A DNA stretch of 64,000 bases from Balamuthia mandrillaris (Eukaryota): the NCBI GenBank assembly GCA_031835245.2, contig JAVKOQ020000025.1, positions 62,001 through 126,000 on the forward strand, in the 5' to 3' direction. Positions within the stretch are counted from its first letter, which is position 1. Each line of letters opens with the position of its first letter. The notes under the pieces were generated by a model. That model ran no database searches, had not been told where the DNA came from, and saw nothing but the letters and a program-made list of their open reading frames with translations. Both the position numbers and the translations under genes were made by a program. Below, piece by piece: positions 57,931 to 64,000 of the stretch.

Positions 57931-58611
57931 TTATTTAAAATAGTGGTAGAAATGGGAGAGAGAGGAGGCAGAGCTGCCATCGCCACCGTCGCTCGCGCTG
58001 CTGTCCTCAGAGACACTGCTGTCCTCAGCGGAGCCCTCCACTTCTGTCCAGATCAAGTTGCAGCACAGTCTTTTCGCTTTAACGCCATAGACTACAAAGG
58101 AGGGGGACTCGCTCCTGGGGTCCGCAGGGGCATAGTGGCGGGTACCAATGGCGGAGGTGAAGTTCTTCGCGTCAGCCTCAAAGTCCACTAACCAAAACTC
58201 GTTGTCCTCCTCGCCGGTGGGGATGGAGGTGTTGAGCCTCCAGTGTTCTCCAACCTGTGTTTCATTACAAGGCAAGGTTTGAAGGCGGCCGACAAGTTCA
58301 TCAGCTTCTTGTCGTTTGAATTCCATATAGTCAAACTCAACGAAGGTTTTGCCACAGGTGAGAGCCTCGCCATTCTCGCCTTCCCAAATGCCGACAAAGG
58401 TAACGCCGCCCCCAAAGATCACCCAATCTTCATAGAGTGTCCAGCTGGGTCCGCATTGGGCGATCCACTTGAGGTCGTAGTTGTTGGCCCCAAGCTCCTC
58501 GTCGACGTAGGTTTGGCATTCGTCCTGGAAGGATTCCACGTCCTGTGCAAAGGTAGCTGAGGCCAAGAACAAAGCGGCCAAAACAAGAGCGAGGAGCTTT
58601 GCAAAAGTCAT
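57931..58611 (-). CDS. Divergent SOD-fold paralog lacking most His ligands, copy 3
   Basis: Same Cys pattern, NEFWL and YAPADP. RLQ replaces HLH and VVY replaces VIH. Confidence 0.7.
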   Translation of the reverse strand: MTFAKLLALVLAALFLASATFAQDVESFQDECQTYVDEELGANNYDLKWIAQCGPSWTLYEDWVIFGGGVTFVGIWEGENGEALTCGKTFVEFDYMEFKRQEADELVGRLQTLPCNETQVGEHWRLNTSIPTGEEDNEFWLVDFEADAKNFTSAIGTRHYAPADPRSESPSFVVYGVKAKRLCCNLIWTEVEGSAEDSSVSEDSSASDGGDGSSASSLSHFYHYFK

Positions 58612-59069
58612 GTAGTTAACGAGAGTTATTGTATAGGAGCTGTGTGTGTGTGGTGAAAGATACAACAAAACGTGAAAAGAGTTCGTTATTTAAGCCCTTG
58701 CCTCGCCATTCAAGGTGGGTTAATGGCGTTCATTACATCGCACATTGCGGTTCTTTATGTGCCCACAAAAAAATGACGCCTCTGTATTAAACCCTCCGCT
58801 TCCATCCAATAGCGCACCAAGGTAAGAATTGCGTTCAAAATTTAAAAAATTTACATTCCCCGAAAAATGTCGAATTTTTTCTCTCTCGGCGCTCCCTTTA
58901 TGCGTTTAGGGGTACATTTTGACTCTTGTTGAATGAAGACTACACAACTCAACCATATCTTCACAATATATGCAGTATCTTCGGCCCTGAATAAAGGTGA
59001 GGCCCACAAAGGCGTTGTTCTGTTACTCTGTAGTTTATCTTTTGTCTTTTTATGGCATCCTCGTCTCAG

Positions 59070-59210
59070 GGCGATGACGAAGTAGAGCGCTTCGGCCATG
59101 GGGTCCGGAAGGGCATAGCGCCGAGTGCCCATGGAAAACGGTTTGTTTCCAGCGGAGTCCAGCTGAAACACTTTGTCCTCAGTGGTAAGATGGAAGTGTT
59201 TAACGGCATT
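59070..59210 (-). pseudogene. Decayed copy of the SOD-like tandem family
   Basis: MGTRRYALPDPMAEALYFVI corresponds to MGTERYAPADPKTEAPSFVI. Confidence 0.65.
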
Positions 59211-59386
59211 TGTAGAAAGAAAAAGGTGTGCACAACTCCTGGTTAGGGACGGGCAACGCGCAAAGTGGCAGCAACGATAATACAAGGTACAGATGCCCAT
59301 TCGCAGAATCCAGTCTGAAGGAGCGCTCTATTTATTTCCTCTTTCCTATCACCACCTCTCAAAAATGGAAGGCAAACTTCGCATCC

Positions 59387-59459
59387 GCCCCTGTAGCTCA
59401 GCTGGTAGAGCGTCAGACTGAAGATCTGAAGGTCGCTGGTTCAAACCCGGCCGGGGGCA
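59387..59459 (+). tRNA. tRNA-Phe (anticodon GAA)
   Basis: GCCCCTG/CGGGGGC acceptor stem, TCAGA-CT-GAA-GA-TCTGA anticodon arm, GGTTCAAAC T loop and a downstream T-run. Confidence 0.96.
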
Positions 59460-59528
59460 ATCTTTTTTAATATTTTTATTTTATTTTATTTTATTTTTTT
59501 ATTATTATTTATTATTATTTTATTTTTT

Positions 59529-59748
59529 TCACAGCTCGGCTTGTATTTGTTCCAACGACTTGCCTCTGGTCTCGGGCAGCTTGAGGTACATGAAGACCAA
59601 GCCCATGGTGGTCACGCCGGCGTAGGTCCAAAAGGTGACGGCCTCGCCCACCAAATCCACAAAACTCAGGAATGTCATCGACATGATCAGGTTGGTCGCC
59701 CAGTTCACCGTTGTTGCTAAGCCTTTTTGTTTTTGAACACAAGAGAGA

Positions 59749-59813
<65 letters not shown>

Positions 59814-62089
59814 GACAGAGAAACAAAGAAAGAGAAAGATAAACGACGAAAGAAGAGAAACGACAGAAGAGAAAGAGAAAGAAAGAAAGAAAGAAAGAAA
59901 GAAGAAAGAGAAAGAGAAAGAGAAAGAGAAAGAGAAAGAGAAAGAGAAAGAGAAAGAGAAAGAGAAAGAGAAAGAGAAAGAGAAAGAGAACGAGAATGAT
60001 GAGAATAAAACGCAAGGACAAGATAAGCTAACAAACAAACAAACCATTGGCAAGACCTCTAACAGAAGGAGGGTATATCTCCGCGTTGACGGTCCAAGGG
60101 ATAGGCCCCAAGCCGATTGCAAAGAACGCCACGTAAAGAGTCAAACTGGCAATCGCCAAATTGCCGGAAAGAGTAGAAGAGGAGGAAGAGGACAGCAGGA
60201 AAGAGCCGCCTAAGAGGAGAAGACCGAGAATGGTTCCCATCATGCTGAGGAAAAGCAACTTCCTTCTTCCGACCTTACAACGAAGCCAAAGAAAATATCA
60301 GCGAAAAGAATCAGCAAAAATATGACAAAACAGAGATAAGGAAAAGAAAAACAAATCTTACTCTGTCGATAAGAAGGAGAGAAACGACGCTGAAGAGAGC
60401 ATTGGAAAGAGCAACAAAGGTGGCAAAGCGAATGGCATCTTGATCGTCCCTTCCCGACATCTTAATGATGGTAGCACTATAATACATCGCGGTATTTATA
60501 CCTGCAAATTGTTGAATTGCTTAAAAAAAAGGTAAAGAAAGTTGGGTTTAATGCATAAAGTTCTAAAAAAGAAGGAAGAAGAAAGAGTACGTACCTTGTA
60601 AACTTAAGCCTACCAACAAAGCAGGACGAAGCGCAGGATGAAACAATCGCCGCCACCGTGCAAAGCGCAACTCACTCTTCTTCTTTAGTCGCATGCTTTC
60701 ATCGTCTACCACTCTCTGATATCTCTTCTTTCGTATAGAAGAAGGTGATGGCGATGATGAAACGTTATTTTCTTCCTCCTCTAGGTGTTCTTTGTCAGCT
60801 TCTCCGTCCCCAACAAAAAGAGGTAAGAAGGGTGCATCTTGTTGTTGTTCTTCGCGAACGTTCGCTTTGATCTCTTCTATGTCTCGATTAAGCTCTGCTT
60901 GAGAGGCCTTGGGATTCAGTCGCAAGAGAATATCTCTGGCTTTGGCCTCTCCCGTTGCAGTTTCTTTGGTTAATAACCAACGAGGACTTTCTGTCACTGA
61001 TGTTTTTGATCAACGTTGGCGGATGAGCAGAGAATTAGAACGAAGAAGAAAGCAAAGCCTACCAAAGAAAAGCATGCCGATGAGCTGAAGCAATGCTGGA
61101 ACAGCAGCAAGACCCAACATCCATCTCCATCCTTCATGTACCTCCGCCAATGCCGCATCCCCAATATACGACACAAACTGTCCTACTGTTATACTGAACA
61201 TAGGGTTTTAACAACAACAAAACATTTCAAACAAAACCACAAAAGGAACCAACCAAAGAATGTTCAATGTGATAAGCGCTCCACGAAAGCGCATCGGCGA
61301 GATCTCCGACAAGTAGACCGGCACCACGTTGGCTGCCAGCCCGATGCCCAGTCCCACCACAAAGCGGCCCACCAGCAGCCACCACAGCATGCTTTGGGTG
61401 GCCGAGGGAGTGAGGCCCATCAGCAGAGAGCCGACCAAGAAAAGGGCGGAGGCGGAGGCGATGAGCGGGCGGCGGCCCCATTGGTCCGCTGCGGGTCCTC
61501 CTATGAAAGACCCTATGATTGCTCCTTTTTATTTTGGTGTTGGGTTTTTTTTGTATCAGAAAGAGAAGAGATAGAAGAAGAAGAAGAAGAAGAAGAAGAA
61601 GAAGAAGAAGAAGAAGAAGAAGAACAAGAAGAAGAAGAAGAACAAGAAGAACAACAAGAAGAACAACAAGAAGAAGAAGAAGAACAAGAAGAAGAAGAAG
61701 AAGAAGAACAAGAAGAACAAGAACAACAACAAGAACAACAACAAGAACAAAAACAACATGAAGCAAACGAGCTAACCAAAGAGAGCGATGCTGACGACGA
61801 CCTCCTTCTCAAAGTCGTCCAGGCCAAAGTCTTCCTCGAGCAGCAGCAAAGCGCCAGAGATCACGCCCGTGTCGTAGCCGAAAAGGAAGCCACCGATGGC
61901 CGCGATGGCCACCACCGCCATGAGGAACCCTGACAGCGAGTGCCGTCTTCCAACGCTACCATCACCACCATCCTCATCACTAGCAGCAGCAACTCGAAGA
62001 AGAGGCGGAGATGAGGCGTCCTGATCAGCGACTTCATCAGCTGCTTCGCCCGAAGCGTGGGCAATCGCGGCAGTCTCTTCGCCCTCCAC
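59529..62089 (-). CDS. MFS sugar porter, myo-inositol transporter-like, multi-exon
   Basis: GGFLFGYDTGVISGA, DQWGRRP, GRFVVGLGIG...PVYLSEISP, GWRWMLGLAAVPA, ESPRWL, QQFAGINTAMYYS, GLGPIPWTVNAEIYP and PETRGKSLE. The true 5' end is not resolved. Confidence 0.93.
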
Positions 62090-62649
62090 CTTTGTTTCTT
62101 TTTTTTTCTGTTAAAAAAAAACCTATTATTTTGGACTCCACACCACCACTCCAGACCTCTTCCTACACACAAAGAAAAAGCTAAACAACGCCAACGCAAA
62201 GGGGGAAAAAAAAACCAAAGAGAGAGAGAGAAGAATAGAAGGAACGACGACGAAGTTCTCTTCTCACTGCGTTCTTCTTTCTTCTTCGCGGAGAGACACT
62301 TTTTGATTGTTGATTCGTGCAAATTAAATTTGTCGACATCAATGATCTGAGAAAGCGATCATGTCGACATGTAATATCATGTCGACGTGGTATTTTTCCA
62401 TCCGTGCAGTGAAAAATAAACATTTTTATTTTTCGTTTATTTGTTTTTTTTTTTTTTTTGTTGTTCGTTGTGAGAACAAAAAAGAAAGAAAGAAAGGTTC
62501 GTTTGTTTGGGTTCTACTCTCTCACTTTCTTTCTTCCCGCTTTGAATTCCTTTCTTTTCTTTTCTTTCAATCTATCTTTTGTTATGTAGTTTTAATTTTA
62601 ACATCTTTGACTTGAGCTCAGATTATATCTATTATATTGTTGAGGAGAG

Positions 62650-64000
62650 ATGCCGAAGGAGAAACAAAAGAAAGATAAGGAGAAGGAGGGGAAGCCGTCG
62701 TCGCTACCAGACAAAAACTCGGTGGAGCTGAGGCTTCCCTCCCGCGCCGCTCTGCTCAAGCAAAAGCAGAGGCCGAGGAAGAGGGTCGTGGAGGACCTCT
62801 CCTTCAACGACCGCCTCTTTAGCCATTTCCTGCACCACAAGCTCTCCAAGCTTTGGGAGGAGAGCAGCCACAGCAGCAGCAAAAGCAAAAAACCGAGCAA
62901 GTCTCTGCTCCTCTCGGACGTGGTCATCCAGCTGGTCAGCCTGGACGAGGGCAAGCAGGCGCGGCAGGAGGAGAACATACCGGCTCACGCCGTGGTGCTG
63001 GCCGCGTGGAGCAAACGCTTCGGCGAGGCCTTGTTCCCTGCGTTGAAGAGAGAGGAAGAGAACGAGGAGAAGAAGAAAAAGAAGCAGAAAGGAAAGGAGA
63101 AGGAGAAGGAGAAAGAGACGGAAAAGGAGAAAGAAGAGAGTAAGGGTGGAAGTGGAGGGAGGAGGAAGGAAAGGTCGTTTGGCATCGAGTTTAAGGTGTT
63201 GCCGAGGAAAGAAGGAAAAGCTGTCTTTGAGGTACTCTCATTTGCTCTCTGTCTCTGTCTCTGTCTCTGTCTCTGTCTCTGTCTCTGTCTCTGTCTCTGT
63301 CTCTGTCTCTGTCTCTGTCTCTGTCTCTGTCTCTGTCTCTGTCTCTGTCTCTGTCTCTGTCTCTGTCTCTGTCTCTGTCTCTGTCTCTGTCTCTGTCTCT
63401 GTCTCTGTCTCTGTCTCTGTCTCTGTCTCTGTCTCTGTCTCTGTCTCTGTCTCTGTCTCTGTCTCTGTCTCTGTCTCTCTCTCTGTCTCTGTCTCTGTCT
63501 CTGTCTCTGTCTCTGTCTCTGTCTCTGTCTCTTCTGTCTCTGTCTCTGTCTCTGTCTCTGTCTCTGTCTCTGTCTCTCTCTCTGTCTCTGTCTCTGTCTC
63601 TGTCTCTGTCTCTCTCTCTGTCTCTGTCTCTGTCTCTGTCTCTGTCTCTCTCTCTGTCTCTGTCTCTGTCTCTGTCTCTGTCTCTCTCTCTGTCTCTGTC
63701 TCTGTCTCTGTCTCTCTCTCTCGCTCTCTCACCTGTCTGTTCTTTTCTTTGCTTTCATTGTTTGTTTTTCTCTTTTCTCTTTCGTTTATTGTTTCTCTTA
63801 TCTCGTCTCTCTCTTCCATTCTCTTTGCTCTATTTTTTAAAACAAACGATATTAATTCTTTCTTCGTTCTTCTCTTCCTTTTACGCGAAGGTAACCCTAC
63901 CGACCAAGGACAGAGAGTTGTTCAAGCACAGCATCGAGTTCATGTACACTGGAAACACCAAAGTCATTCACGACCTTCGCAAAGACTTTATCGTTAGACT
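62650..64000 (+). CDS. BTB/POZ domain protein (runs off window end)
   Basis: LSDVVIQL...IPAHAVVLAAWSKRF. After a repeat-filled intron: VTLPTKDRELFKHSIEFMYTG. Confidence 0.85.
63246..63720 (+). repeat. Intronic (TCTCTG)n microsatellite
   Basis: Directly visible. Confidence 0.95.

Overview
Gene-dense eukaryotic nuclear DNA. The 5S rRNA sequence, intron style and gene content point to an amoebozoan of the Acanthamoeba/Balamuthia type (inference). The window holds about 24 protein genes, many split by GT-AG introns filled with pyrimidine microsatellites: a tyrosine-kinase-like kinase, F-box/SPRY-like, F-box/ankyrin, a degenerate EF-1alpha-like protein, an SLC13/TrkA-C transporter, START, a bacterial-type PI-PLC, myotubularin, U-box/ankyrin/CCHC, rhodanese-methyltransferase, a glycosyltransferase, an EF-hand protein, PAN3, seipin, U-box-vWA-Hint, 6PGD, a hybrid histidine kinase, an MFS sugar/inositol transporter and a BTB protein. 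It also contains a solitary 5S rRNA gene, tRNA-Ile(UAU), tRNA-Phe(GAA), a Sel1 pseudogene and copia retrotransposon remnants. Most interesting: (1) a tandem array of secreted, possibly GPI-anchored Cu-only-SOD-like genes (54.7-59.2 kb) with an intact copy, a copy lacking the active-site Arg, a copy lacking most His ligands, and three decayed copies; (2) the putatively self-cleaving U-box-vWA-Hint protein; (3) a myotubularin apparently fused to a permuted papain-like domain and a C2 domain; (4) a P-loop-less EF-1alpha paralog; (5) two families of short dispersed intergenic elements, GTCGAC clusters in promoters, and an unexplained five-hairpin GC-rich segment at 31.8-32.0 kb. All calls come from motif recognition by eye. 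Exon boundaries and some start codons are approximate.
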